From: Bigelowiella natans CCMP2755
Lineage: Eukaryota > Protista > Cercozoa
Reading direction: 5' to 3'
Assembly: GCA_000320545.1 (NCBI GenBank)
Contig: ADNK01000266.1
Coordinates: 94,593-158,592, forward strand
Length of the DNA stretch: 64,000 nucleotides
Shown here: in pieces, positions 26,301 through 40,317 of the stretch
Numbering within the stretch: position 1 is the first letter of the stretch
Layout of the letters: each line of letters opens with the position of its first letter
Notes under the pieces: generated by a model
What the model saw: the letters and a program-made list of their open reading frames with translations, nothing else
Told to the model about the DNA's origin: nothing
The model's database searches: none
Position numbers and translations under genes: made by a program

Positions 26301-29300
26301 GATTATCTTAAGGTGAAACAACTCTCAAAGCGCTTCCAGCCTTACGACGATCTATGGTCAACGACTCACTCTTGGAAAGTGTGCAAGAGCGCCTGGTACT
26401 GCGGACCATTTATGAAACTTGACCCAGATGTTGTTGCCGAAAAACATCAGAAATTCGAGAAGACGATGAAGAAGTGCACAAAGGTGAAGATCATCAAGGA
26501 GAATGATGGCCTATCAGAGATTGCAAGCACAATCCAAGCCGAAATAAAACAATTCAAACCTCTTTTGCCACTCGTAACCAATCTCCGGCACCAAGGTATG
26601 CGTGAGCGCCACTGGCAAAAGCTTTCTAAGGATCTCGACATAAAGCTCAACCCAGATGAAAACATACGCTTGACCGACCTTACTGAGACTTTCAAACTCA
26701 ATGAGCACACTGAAAGGGTTACTGAGTTAGGCGAGACTTGCATGCGTGAATATTCTATCGAAATCTCCCTCAAGCAGATGAAGGATTCCTGGGAACCTAT
26801 CAAGTTTACTCTAGGGCCTCATGAGGCATCGAAATCATATATTCTAAAAGATACAGAGGACATAACGAATCAACTCGACGAACACATTGTGCAAACGCAG
26901 GCAATGACGTTCTCGTCCTTCAAAAAAGTATTTGAGGAAGAAATTAATGCCTGGAATGATCGTCTTCGCATGGCCACGGATGTGATCGAACAGTGGCTTA
27001 TCTTGCAGAGGAATTGGATGTCCCTCCAGCCTATCTTTGCATCCCCCGACATTCGTAAGCAACTTCCCAAGGAAGACAAAAAGTTTAGATCCGTGGATAA
27101 GCTGTGGCGAGTGACAATGGGACAGGTGAAGATCAAGTCGGCTGTTCTCGAATTTTGTGATAATGCGACTCTGAGAGACAAGATGACGAACGCCAATATG
27201 GTCCTTGATCAAGTGCAGAAGGCGCTCGCACAGTATCTTAATACCAAGAGGGCTGCTTTTGCACGATTTTATTTCCTCTCTGATGACGAGCTTCTTGGCA
27301 TTTTGTCGAAGGTGGGAAGAGATCCAACACGAATACAGCCTTTCATCAGTAAGGTGTTTGAGAACATTGCCAAGCTTGACTTTGGCAAGCACTACTCCAT
27401 TACTGGGATGAAATCGGCAAAGGGGGAGTGTGTTAAATTTGTAGAGCCAGTAGATCCCCGCGACCGTGAGGTTGAGGACTGGCTCTCGGAAATCCGAGAC
27501 CAAATGCGGGAAACAATGCGCTTCAGATTTAAGACTGCTATTGCTGATTACAAAGAACGAAAAAGGAATGACTGGATTGCTCGTGTTGGTCATCCTGGGC
27601 AATGTGTGCTGCAAGGATCTCAAGTGAGGTGGACCATAGAGGTTGAAGAGGCCTTTGACAATGGAGGCTTCAAAGGCATCACAGAATACTTCAAATCTCT
27701 CGAAAAGCAGCTCATGGGCACCGTCGCTCTTGCTCGTGAAAAGCTGAAGAAACTCGTACGTAAGATCCTAGGACCACTCATTGTCCTCGACGTCCACGCC
27801 AAAGACGTTGTTGAAGGCTTGGTCGAGGAGAAGTGCGGCAGTAAGATCGATTTCCCTTGGATTAGGCAGATGCGGTACTACATACAGGATACCAATCCCA
27901 TGAATGATGACCAGGAAGAGCAGTACGGACAGATCATGGTGGAGATGACAAAGTCTCGTTTTCCGATGTGCTACGAGTACATCGGCAACTCTGGTCGCCT
28001 GGTCATCACTCCGCTTACAGATCGTTGCTACATGACTCTGATGACAGCATTGCAGCTGCATCTTGGCGGAGCACCTGCTGGACCTGCCGGTACAGGGAAG
28101 ACCGAAACAGTCAAAGATTTAGCAAAAGCTTGTGCAAAATTCTGTGTGGTCTTCAATTGTTCAGATGGTATGGACTGCAAAATGACCGGAAAGTTCTTTC
28201 GTGGTCTAGCAATGGCGGGTGCTTGGGCGTGTTTTGATGAGTTCAACCGAATTAACCTTGAGGTGCTTTCCGTCGTCGCCCAACAAGTCTCATCCATTTG
28301 GGGAGCTATTCGTGGAGGCCTAAAGACTTTCAATTTTGAGGACACGATGATCTCTCTCGACCCAACATGTTGTGCATTCATCACTATGAACCCCGGATAT
28401 GCAGGTCGTTCCGAACTCCCCGACAACTTAGCAGCCTTGTTCAGGCCAGTAGCTATGATGGTTCCCGATTACGCTATGATCGCAGAAATTATGCTGTATT
28501 CGTTTGGTTTTAATGGGGCTAAGTCCCTGGCAAAAAAGATGGTTTCAACATTTACTTTGTGTTCCGAGCAGCTCTCCTCCCAATGTCACTATGACTACGG
28601 TATGCGTGCAGTCTTCTCCGTTATTATTCGAGCTGGTTTGCTCAAAGGAATGAAGCCAAATGAAGATGAGGGAATCCTCGTACTTTCAGCTCTCATTGAT
28701 GTCAATGCTCCCAAATTCTTACCTCAAGATCTACCACTGTTTGAGGGTATTATTGGGGATCTGTTCCCTGGCCTCAAGAAACCAGCTCAGGACTACGGAG
28801 CGTTGATGGAAAAGATGATAGAAACTTCAGACGAGATGAACTTACAGCCCGTCGAAGCTTTCACCAAGAAATGCATTGAGTTATACGAAACCACCGTAGT
28901 CCGCCATGGTTTAATGCTTGTTGGTCCTACTGGAGGAGGTAAGACCAGCGTCGCGCGCGTATTATCAAAATCGATGACGAAGTTGGAAGAAATGGAGGAG
29001 TTCTCTACCGTAGATGTTAAAGTTCTCAACCCCAAGGCAATCACAATGGGACAGCTTTATGGAGAGAACGATCCCATCACTACCGAATGGACTGATGGAG
29101 TTCTTGCCAAGATCATCAGGCAATGCGTGGCTGATGTCGAGGACGAACATACGAAATGGGTCATGTTTGACGGACCTGTAGATGCAATTTGGATCGAGAA
29201 CATGAATACAGTTTTGGACGATAACAAAAAATTATGTCTCGTGTCTGGGGAAATTCTTGCGCTAACCCCGTACATGCGTATGATCTTTGAAGTAGAGGAT

Positions 29301-32300
29301 CTCGAGGTTGCCTCCCCTGCTACAGTGTCGCGTTGTGGTATGGTGTACTTAGAACCTTCTGCACTTGGAATGACACCTCTTGTTGACTCATATGTTAAAG
29401 GATTGGGGAAAAAGAACGAATTGCTTGCGGTCCTTGCGCAACCACTGAAGACTCTCTTTGATCAATTTCTCGACGAATCTGTTGATTTCATGCGACGGAA
29501 TCTTAAAGAACCAGTGCCATCCACCAACTCGGCAATGGCAAAGAGTTGTTTTGCACTAATCGATGCCCTTCTCCTTCCATATGTGCCTCTCGTGGATGGA
29601 AAGTATCTAGTGAAAGCAGACGATATGCCTCATTTAGTTGAACACATCGCTTCCTGCTTCATACAAGGCCTTGTGTGGGCAGTTGGCGGTACGACCGATC
29701 AAGCTGGTCGCGAGAAGTTCAATGAGTTTTTGAGAGGAAAGTTTGCAGAGAAGAAATGTGAAGGCGTCCCACCAGAGGATCACAGCTTGTATGACTACAA
29801 CTTCAATCTTAGGAAGGGCGAGTGGGAGACTTGGATGCAAAACGAACAAAAATTTGAGGTTAAACAAGACCTCGAGTTTTCACAGATTATCGTTCCTACC
29901 ATCGATTCAGTTCGCTACTCCCGTATTCTTGCTATGCTTGTGGACAACAACACACATGTCTTATTCACTGGAGATACTGGTACTGGAAAAACGGTCAACG
30001 TGAATCAGTACCTCGCAGGCCCTTTGAAGAGGGAAGAGTACAGTCCAGTCAATATCATTTTTTCGGCCGCAACATCTGCCAACCAGGTGGATGATTTCTT
30101 GACTGAAAAGCTAGAGAAACGTCGTTCGACTGTGTACGGTGCCCCGCTCGGAAAGCGATTCCTTGTGTTTGTTGATGACTTCAACATGCCGATGCGCGAA
30201 GAATATTTCGCCCAACCTCCAATCGAGTTCCTGAGGCAATGGATGGACCATTCTGGTTGGTATCTTCGAGCTGATCAAAGAGCCCTTCCGTTTATCAACG
30301 TACTTGATATCCAATTCATCGGTGCAATGGGTCCTCCAGGTGGTGGAAGGCAGCCAGTCACAGCTAGGATGCTAAGACATTTCACCCAAATAGCACACAC
30401 TCTGCTGGTGGACAGCAGTAAGAAAATGATATTTGGAACCATATGCCATGCAAGATTCGAAGGTTTCAATAAGGAGGTGACAAGTATGGTGGATAAGATC
30501 GTTGACTCTACCATAGAGATATACAACACCATTGCCAGGGACTTGTTGCCTACTCCTGAGAAATCCCACTATACTTTCAACCTGCGAGATCTTTCAAAGG
30601 TGTTCCAAGGTGTATTGCAGTGCCAATCTTCCAAGTTATCCAAAGCAGACCAACTTGTGCGCTTGTGGGTTCACGAGTGCCGGAGAGTGTTTGGAGATCG
30701 CCTGATTAACACCCAAGACCGAAAATGGCTGGATGATACGCTTGGTGATATTGCGAAACGACAGATGGACAAGGAGTGGGATAGCTTCATGATATATGAG
30801 CGATTGATTTGCGGTGACTTCCTTGGTGGACCTGATGGCGGGGAAAGGATTTATCACGAAGCCGAAGACCTGAAGCAAACTCGCAAAATTGTTGAAGAAT
30901 TTTTGGAGCTCTATAACGATGACAGCAAGAACCCCATGAAGCTTGTCCTTTTCCTCGATGCTATAGAGCATGTAGCACGAATCACCCGTATCATCAGACA
31001 GCCTGGTGGCAATGCTTTGCTTCTGGGTGTGGGTGGTTCGGGAAGGAGTAGTTTGACAAAGCTTGCCACTTATATGGCTGAGTATGATGTGTACCAGATT
31101 GAAATTTCTAAAGGATACGATCGTAACAAATGGCATGAAAATCTCAAGGAGATGTTTATGACGAAAGCGTTAAAAAACATCCCGACTGTATTCTTGTACT
31201 CTGACACGCAGATACTGATGGAAAGCATGCTTGAGGATGTGAATAATATTCTAAACTCCGGAGAAGTGCCAAACCTAATCGATAAGGAGGACTTTGAGGA
31301 CATATACAAGGAGTGCAAAAATGATTGCCTCGATAAGGATATTGAACCGACCCCCCTCAACGTCTACTCGCAGTTCATACTTCGCGTGAAAAAGAACATC
31401 CACGTTGTGATGTGTATGTCTCCTGGAAGCGAGGCGTTCCGAACTAGGCTTCGTATGTTCCCGTCGCTTGTCAACTGTTGCACGATCGATTGGTTTTCTG
31501 CATGGCCTGCTGAGGCATTGTCATCCGTCGGAAAGCAAAAGATGGACGAAAGTAATCTCGAGTTCAAGGAAGTCAACACAGAACAGTTGGTGAATATGTT
31601 CAAGTTTATTCACCAGTCAGTCGAGGTTAAATCTGAGGAGTACAAAGAAAAGCTTCGGCGTATGAACTACGTGACACCGACATCTTACCTCGAGTTGCTA
31701 ACCGTTTACAAGGAACTGCTTCTTATGAAGAGGTCTGATGTTGGTACAAAGCGTGATAAGCTACAAAATGGATTAGACAAGCTTGCTGACGCTGAGAAGC
31801 AGGTCGCACAGCTCGAGATAGATCTCAAAGCGAAACAACCGGTTCTTGCCAAAACCTTAGAGGAAGTTAAGCAAACGTCTATTGTCGTGAGCAAAGAAAA
31901 GGCAGCTGCAGATATTACCAAGGGCAAGGTCGAAAAGCAGGCCGCAGAGGCTAAAGTAAAAGCAGACGAATGTAAAGCAATAGAGGACAAATGTCAAAGT
32001 GAGCTAGATGCTGCGCTTCCGCTGCTTGAAGCTGCAGTGAAAATCTTGAACTCTCTAAATGATAAGGATATCACTACGCTAAAATCATACTCCACGCCAC
32101 CAAAGCCGGTCGTTCTGACGATGGAAGCTATGTGTATTATGCTTGGAAAGAAGCCAGCATATGTAAAGAATGACAAGGGTCAGAAGGTCAAGGATTATTG
32201 GAGTGTTGCAAAGAAGGAGTCTCTCAGTAATCCCAAACGCTTCATCCAAGATCTGATCTCTTACAAGAAAGATGAGATTCCTCCAAAAATCATCAAGACC

Positions 32301-35300
32301 ATAGGGCCTTTCATCGAAAACCCTGGTTTCGCTCCCGAAGTGATCAAAAACGCATCCTCTGCGTGTGAGGCCGTTTGTAAATGGGTGCATGCCATGTACA
32401 AGTATCATTTTGTCCTCAAGGAGGTTGAACCTTTGAAGCAGGCACTAGCTAAAGCTCAGGCAGAGTTTAAGGTTGTAGATGGAGCTTTGCAGAAAGCCCA
32501 AGGGGCCCTTGATGAAGTATTATCGAAACTTCAAAAACTCCAGGATAATTTGGATGGGCTGCAGGCTAAGAAGAAGGCTCTGGACGATGATGTCGAAATG
32601 TGTAAAGTGAAACTTGTTCGTGCTGATAAGCTAATAGGTGGGCTTGGTGGAGAAAAGTTACGATGGGCTGAAACCGTGAAAAAACTGAATGTTTCGTTTG
32701 GAAACCTTGCCGGTGATGTTATGATATCTGCTGGGGCAGTGTCTTACCTGGGGGCATTTATCTCGGAATATCGAAAGGATGTCATCTCAAAGTGGAGAGA
32801 GCAGCTCAAGATCAATAATGTGCCTTTCTCTGAAGATGCATCGGTAATTTCAACACTGGGAGATCCTGTTAAGATCAGATCATGGAACGTGTGTGGACTG
32901 CCTACTGATGAAGTCTCTATTGAAAACGGTATCATTATGGACAAGGCACGTCGATGGCCATTGTTGATTGACCCACAGGAACAAGCATCTACCTTCATAA
33001 AGAAACTCGGTCAAACGAAATTTGAGGACGGTATTAAGTGTGTGAAGCTCACCGACAAGAACTTCGCAAAGACAATGGAAAATTCAATTCGAATGGGCAG
33101 GTGGATACTGATTGAGAGCGTACAGGAGGCTCTGGATCCTATGCTTGACCCGATCTTAGGGAAACAAGTGTTTGTTTCTGGAGGGATTAAGTCGATTCGG
33201 CTGGGGGATAACACTATTCCGTGGATGGATTCGTTCAGGCTATATATGAGTTCAAAGCTTCCAAACCCACACTATGCTCCAGAGCTGCAGGTTAAAGTCA
33301 CGCTTCTTAACTTCACCATCACCCCCAGTGGTTTGGAAGATCAAATGTTAAACAATGTTGTGGCTAAAGAGCAACCAGAACTACAGATCAAGAAAATTAA
33401 TCTCATTAAGCAAATGGCCAAGGCTAAGAACCAATTACAGGAGATAGAAGATAAAATTCTCGATCTCCTGAAGAACTCAGAGGGAGACATCCTCGCCGAT
33501 GAGAAACTCATCATTACCCTGGATAACTCAAAGAAAACATCGAAAGAAATCAACCAGCAACTGAAGGAGGCAGAAGTTGTGAATAAAGAAATTGATGAGG
33601 GACGAGCAAAGTATGTTCCTGTCGCCGTAAGGGCATCTATTCTCTACTTCTGCATTGCAGATCTTGCTAAAATCGATCCCATGTACCAATACTCTCTCGA
33701 TTGGTTTGCACAGCTGTTTGAGCAGGGAATAGCAAATTCTCAGCCAAGTGACGATATCAAGCAGCGTCTGCAAAACCTGAATGACTTTTTCACGCTGTCT
33801 TTGTATGAAAATGTATGCCGTTCACTATTCGAGAAGCATAAGTTGCTATTCTCGTTGCTGCTCACAGTAAGGATTTTGACTGGGGCAGGAAGGGTTGATC
33901 CCACAGACTGGCGCTTCCTTGTCACGGGAGCTCCGCCTAAGAAAAAGATCGATAATCCTTGTTCGGAGTGGCTGAAACCAAACGTCTGGATGGACCTCTT
34001 GGCTCTTTCTGATTTACCGAATTTTGATGGTATAGAAAAGGCTTTCATGGATTCCAAATCAAAGGAGGTTATGAAGCGAATTGCAGAACATGATGTGCCG
34101 CACACCATCGAAATGCCAGCACCATGGGACAAGAAACTGAGCACATTCCAGAAAATGATTGTAATCAAGGTAATGCGACCAGATAAGATGACTGGGGCGA
34201 TTCAGAATTTTGTAATGGAGCAGAAAGAGACTGGTAAAAAGTTTGTGGAACCACCCCCATTCAATCTACCGAAGAGTTTTGAGGCATCGCAAGCACAGGC
34301 TCCAATGGTATTCGTCCTCTCTATTGGAGCTGACCCTGCAAAAGTGTTGTATGAGTTTGCAGAATCAAAGGGCATGAAGGAATCAATGCGCGCGGTTTCT
34401 CTTGGTCAGGGGCAAGGGCCGAAAGCAGAGAAGTTCATATCTGACGGAATTAAGAAGGGAACCTGGGTACTCCTTCAAAATTGCCATTTAGCTATTTCGT
34501 GGTTACCCACTCTCGAAAAGTTATGCGAGGATTTGAAGGAACAGGACGTCGATCCAAACTTTAGGTTGTGGTTGACATCACTGCCCAGTCCAAAATTCCC
34601 GGTTTCGATTCTGCAAAATGGTGTTAAAATGACCAACGAGCCCCCAAAAGGACTGCGAGCCAATCTCAGAGGCTCCTACCTCACATTTTCTGACGATGAG
34701 CTCAACAGATGCAAGAAACCGAAGGAATTTAAGAAGTTGCTGTATGGACTATGTTTCTTCCATGCAAACATTCTTGCTAGAAGAGAGTATGGTCCTCTTG
34801 GATGGAACATTCCCTATGCATTCACTCAGGGAGACCTTGATGTGTCAGTAGCTCAGTTGCGCGATTTCTTAGATATGTATGACGAAATTCCATACAAAGT
34901 GCTCAACTACCTCACATATGACATCAACTACGGAGGTAGGGTCACGGACGACAAAGATCGCAGGACAATAGCCTGCATTCTCGAGGACTTCATCGCTCCA
35001 AATACTCTTACCGAAGGCCATTCTTTCTCATCTTCGGGATTATACAAATCGCCGCCAGATGGAGATCTTGAGCATTATATGACAACAATCTCCGAACTTC
35101 CTCTGTTGCCAAAACCTGAGGCATTTGGAATGCATTCAAATGCTGAAATTACCTCCGCACAATCAGCTACGACAAGTCTCTTCCGAACCATTCTCGAGCT
35201 CCTTCCACGTGAAGCATCAGGTGGCGGAAAGAGCAGGGAGGACTTGATTTACGAGCAGGCTGAGTCAATCCTCAAGAAGGTTCCCCCTGCGTTTGATATT

Positions 35301-36095
35301 GAAGGGATTCGAAAGAAGTTCCCTCTTCGTTGGGACGAGAGTATGAATACTGTCCTTGCCCAGGAGGCTATTCGCTACAACAGGTTAATATCAGTGATGC
35401 GAGACTCATTAGATCAAGTGATGAAGGCGCTTAAAGGATATGTTGTTATGAGTACAGAGCTTGAGGATATGGCAAACTCTCTTTTCGATAATCTTGTTCC
35501 TGTAATGTGGGAAACCGTAGGATTCAACTCCCTCATGCCGCTGGCTTCTTGGACGATCGATCTCACTAGTCGATGCAAATTCTTTCACGATTGGATTACC
35601 AGCGGGCACACCCCTCACGTCTTTTGGATTTCGGGATTCTTCTTCCCCCAGGCTTTTCTCACAGGGGCAAAACAGAACTACGCACGTAAGTACACTAAGG
35701 CTATAGATGGCGTCTCATTTAGTTTTAAGATTCTGAAGGAATCCTACAAAGAACTGAAGAAGGGGCCTGAAGATGGGTGCTATATACGTGGGTTATTTAT
35801 GGAAGGTGCAAGATGGGATGCAGAACAAGAATCCATCGTCGATTCACGTCCGAAGGAGCTTTTCACCAAGATGGCAGCAATGTGGCTTGTGCCTGAGTAT
35901 GAAAGAAAAGATCCTGAGACTGGTATTTACCGGTGCCCTGTTTATAAAGTTCTTACCCGCGCAGGAACACTTTCCACAACAGGCCACTCGACAAACTTCG
36001 TCCTCTGGGTCGAAATACCTACCAAAGAGGAGCAGCGAAAATGGATTAAGGCGGGAGTGGCGTTATTCACAGCCCTTGAATACATCGCAGATTAA
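23350..36095 (+). CDS. DNAH1: Axonemal inner-arm dynein heavy chain, DNAH1 (DHC2/dynein d) type; exons 23350-24355, 24485-24577, 24703-36095
   Basis: P-loops GPAGTGKT, GPTGGGKT, GDTGTGKT, GVGGSGRS; CFDEFNRI; stalk coiled coil; C-terminal GTLSTTGHSTNF. The N-terminus EPKVMVP...PGKPPRRVEVERKKRLY...YLPLQLFEN...EWI matches the DNAH1-class tail as I recall it. Confidence 0.93.
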
Positions 36096-36399
36096 AGACT
36101 GCCACAGAGACGTACAACATTACGGAACAATGCGTTCGTGTTTCCTTTACACGCGTTGGTCAACCTGGCTGGTATGTGGAAGGAGTAAGGACGTTGCATA
36201 CTGGAGATATTCCTCACACGAGTTAAAGTATTCTAGTATCGGCCAACATTGCCAATGTGAATGAAATCCGACGAAACATTAAATTTTGCGTACATGTCTA
36301 TGCTGGTTTCAATGCATGGGTTGAAAGTCTGTCATCATGAGATTTATGTATTTTTGAAATCATGATTATCTGTGGAACCTCGTAAATTCAAGAGTTTTC

Positions 36400-37220
36400 A
36401 ATTGCTGTGATAGGTAGTCGCATGCTCGCCACGTGCTAAGCTGCTATGTGGAGGTGCATGCACAGCATTATTGCTGCCGCTGACCTAGCTAGCCGCCTGC
36501 AGTTTTGCAATGGGCATGTGTAATCAGCTGTGCGTGTGCGGATGCTGTGATGGCCGCTTGTCATTGCGCATTTCGCTCATGCACACACCACAAAATTTTG
36601 ACAAGCTAGCAAAGCAGGCGTGTGTGCTAGCTAGTGTGTGTGGTTGCTGCGCTGTTGACGACAGGGATGATGATCGATGCGATGCGATGCGATGCGATGC
36701 GTGCATGTATGTGCAACATCGCAGGCACGCAGGAACATGTCTTGCCCAAACCGTGCAACATTGGGCTGTCTAGCTGTGTGCATGACGAGCGGGGCCAACA
36801 ATGCACATGCATGCAGTTGAAAATGTTTAGTTTTGTTTGCGCTACATGCATCGATCGGCTGAACGACTGTGAAATGATCTTCATGCCTACACACATATAC
36901 AAACTAGCAGCATGCAGAGCTAGAGAGTGCCGATCGTGCCTCTAATGCATCGCGATCATCAGCATCCATGGCTGCGCAGCATGCATGCATGCACGCTAGC
37001 ACGCATCTAGCTAGCTAGATATGTGCACTAGCTAGGCGCACGACACATACTAGCATGCTTACTACATGTTGGCATGCACAGTATATATTTTCTGATTTTT
37101 TGGGGTCGATCACTACTTACAATAACATGCATGCATGCATCCAGCCAGCGATATATATGCATATAATGTAGGACAGGGCGCGGCATAGCTAGTAGCTAGA
37201 TAGTACGCTATAGCATGTGA
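36400..37220. other. CTAG/CATG-rich convergent spacer 4
   Basis: Lies between DNAH1 (+) and RPL18A (-), e.g. gcatgcatgcatgcacgctagc, ctagctagctag and (gatgc)n. Confidence 0.7.
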
Positions 37221-37375
37221 AAAAATACCGTCTTTACTGCCGGCCGCTTATGTTGAAAAACATGTTCAGTGCATAAAATATGATAAGTCTTAAGTTACAA
37301 CCAAGCCTCAAAAATTTAAGGCATTTCATGCAAGTAGTAAGATTGCAACTTTCCTTGATAGGACGACTGGACAAC

Positions 37376-38206
37376 TTAGAAGAAAGTGCAGGGTCTCTTA
37401 GCCTTGTACACCGTTTTATTCGATTTAGAAGATGGTCGAGCGATGCGGTGGAGAAGAGCAAACTCAGTTGGTGTATTCTTGGTGCCGATGTATGGCTTGA
37501 GTCGATCAGTAACACTTTTGTCGTCGACAACGCAAGTTTTAATGATCTGGATGGAAGACTTACGGCAACGATGGCGAGAAGCTAGCTCGGCATCTGTGAA
37601 AAATGAACAGGGGTCAATATATTTGGTGCTATTATAAGACAACGGCTACGCTTATTCGTGCCGACATCATCATTATTTTGGGTTAGTATCAAATAAAACA
37701 TAACAGTTAGGAGGTACTTACACATCTTCTCGACAGCCCCAGTGAGATGAGTATCGCGGAATTCTTTGTACATATTGTGGGTACCGCTACGGGAGTCGTA
37801 GCGAAGCCACATGCCGAAGTTTTTGATTTGGTTAGGCTGTTTCTCGAAGATCTCGTTGATGACGATGATTTCACCATTAGCACGTTTAATCTTCTTCAAC
37901 TTCGACAAAAAATACCAGTAGCGCGATCTGAAGGAAAATAAAAAGTTTTAGAATTGTATTACACATTTTCTTAGCACCATGCCGCAAAAATACATGCCAA
38001 AGTGGTGTGTATTGCATTCATTTTAAATCCAAATAGGATGGTCACAACCTTGCTACGACGGTGTTGGGAGCGAAGATTTTCATACGGTAGATCTTTGGCT
38101 CCTCAGGCTCCTCCTTTTTCAGCTCGCCTTTAAGCTCCAGCTCAAGATCTACCTTAATCTCCTTAGGCTTTCTGCGCCCAATTACTTCGTAATGATGATA
38201 TCCCAT
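37376..38206 (-). CDS. RPL18A: 60S ribosomal protein L18a (eL20), 3 exons
   Basis: [16 protein letters not shown]|SRYWYFL...[24 protein letters not shown]...ELASRHR...KAKRPCTFF*. Confidence 0.97.
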
Positions 38207-38731
38207 CTCTGAAACAACCGAGTGGTAATGAACCAACAATATATAGAGAAACCGCGAAACAACAACGACGTTATCATTGCATAATGTCTAAATAATTCTC
38301 TAAATTTTCGCAGTAGAGTCTGTATTTTGCCTCTTCAGTTTGCCCCCAACTATTCCCCCCACCGCCATTGCACCTGCCCTCCACGCTCCGTCGGCGAATT
38401 GTGACAGACCCGAATTAATTAAATCGAGAAAAATCGCCGATTGTTGTCGCGACTCTAAAAATCTCGGGGACTCTCCACCGTCTCCAAAAAAAACTCTGAC
38501 TTGCTGTCGCTCGTGTGCGAATAATGTCCTATTTTTTAGCACATTCTCCCAGAAAAAGTTGTTGCAGCAATGATTTGAGGTGTTGTTTCCTCCTGTAGAT
38601 CTAATAATTAACTCTGACAGATAGAAAGATATCCATCTCGAGGTAGATCTAGATGATATTATATGCCTAACATATTAGCTTTTATCGAAATCTTCGTCCG
38701 CCGAATTGCCATCCCTGTGTTACTGGAAGCA

Positions 38732-39122
38732 ATGTTGACTCTCGTGACATACGTTGGGGCCCTCTTCGAAATCGTAGTGGGCGCTGCATTTGTGTTTAGC
38801 CCCGAGGCGTTGCACAATGGTTACAAGCCTGCGCCGGGAATGGAATCATACGCTTTTGAGCTGTTCGGGATTGCGTGCGTCTTTTGGGGTCTCCTGACAG
38901 CATGCAAGGCAACGGACAAGGCAATCCTTGCATTCAACGTACTTTGGAACGCAATATGGGCTGCATACTTATACCTTATCTTCTCCGGGATCGCCTGGCG
39001 CCCACAGGTAAATCCTGTTCATGTGCGTTCTTCTTGACAGTGCCGACAGTCTGATGCACACTTTTTCACTTATGAAGAATCTTTAACCACCTTCATGTCT
39101 TGTTGATTTATAAAAAATATTA

Positions 39123-39163
<41 letters not shown>

Positions 39164-39316
39164 TTCATCCAACATGTGAACATTTTGTAATTGAACAAGG
39201 TGGCCATTGAGGACGGCAGCTTTGCATTCGTTCCTCTCATTGCTCACGGGGTTTTCGCCGTCAACTCCTTGTTGGCCTTCCTAATGGCTCCTAGTAACAA
39301 GGTCAAGACATCCTAA
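38732..39316 (+). CDS. Small four-TM hypothetical membrane protein (2 exons) with C-terminal KxKxx
   Basis: MLTLVTYVGALFEIVVGAAFVFSPE...IAWRPQ|VAIEDGSFAFVPLIAHGVFAVNSLLAFLMAPSNKVKTS*. The intron contains a (CA)n repeat. Confidence 0.75.
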
Positions 39317-39539
39317 GTGATGCGAAAATTGGTGAAAATGGCGCCATGGCAAAGAAATGCTACAACAGCATTGCGGTGCAAAGCAACAACACTCACGTGA
39401 ACACTTGGTCACTGCTAGCTCTGTTCAAATCTACACACATGCAATGCGTACTTATGAATCGTCGGTTGGATCATGTATTTTGATATTGGAAACTTGTAGT
39501 GTCAAATTTCACGGTGTCGGCAGTGTCGGCATCACATCA

Positions 39540-39950
39540 AGACATGGCTAGATGGCACAATGGACACAGTGTATATGCATGCAAATGGTGGAACATGCGT
39601 GTGCGCAGTGCCTACATTCACTAGTTCATTCAATGGACAATAAGCAAGCTGACACTGTGCATGCCATATACAGTGCACACACATTGCACATTGTAATCAG
39701 ATGCCTGGAGTAGTGAGAACTAGCGCAAGCAGAGAGAGAGAGACACATGCATGTCCGAAATAATGTGTTGCACAGGCCCTAGCTAAAGGGCGAACAGCGT
39801 GTCTTGGTCCGTGCGATAGGGGCGCGCACACGCTAGCTTGCAATAAGCTGCATGCAGTGTGGAGAAGGGTGAGTTGTGCGATCTTTGTTGTTAGACACGT
39901 GGACGTGCACGTTCTTTTGCATGCATATGGATCAGATGGCTGGTTTGTCA
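39540..39950. other. CATG/TGCA-rich convergent spacer 5
   Basis: Lies between the 4-TM gene (+) and the multi-UGA locus (-), e.g. atgcatgca, gctagcttgca and tgcatgcatatg. Confidence 0.6.
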
Positions 39951-40171
39951 CTGAAGGGTTAGGAAATTGGATTTCGAATCAAAGATAATTTCAACCAATT
40001 AAAAAAGACACTGAATTCCTTCAAGTTTGGAAATTTCTTGAATAACTAAATTCTATTTTTTGTCTAATGATGAATTCCATCATCTGTCACATCTGGTTAG
40101 CCCAAGCACAGCCACGCAGCGCCATGGCGAACTGAGCTCTGTTTAAAAACCTGTGGCCGCTGCCTCTGAGA

Positions 40172-40226
40172 ATAAAATAGGGTATCAATCAAAAACTAGA
40201 CTTGCTCCTGATGTCATTTGCCATGG
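40172..40226 (-). promoter_or_regulatory. Candidate SECIS-like stem-loop in the 3' UTR of the multi-UGA ORF
   Basis: Minus strand reads ccauggcaa AUGA c aucaggagc AA gucua guuuuugau u GA u acccuau. This gives a UGAN/NGAN quartet, a 9-bp helix (3 G-U pairs) and AA at the 5' side of the loop. Spacing AUGA-N10-AA-N15-GA is more compact than canonical, and helix I is weak. Confidence 0.4.
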
Positions 40227-40317
40227 CGACTCTCGTCTCAGTCAGTCTTCGGCAGTCCATGGACATGAATATCTATAGAGCGGCATGCCACGCCAAAGAC
40301 TGCAGCAATTGCTACAT

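Noticed and set aside
25095-35618. Many minus-strand ORFs inside the dynein gene
   Set aside because: Antisense shadows of a long coding exon, with no independent motifs.
40055-40092. Second SECIS-like hairpin (GUGA...AA...GA) on the minus strand
   Set aside because: The helix and loop are too short (AA to GA only 10 nt). It is better explained by a gatga/tcatc palindrome.
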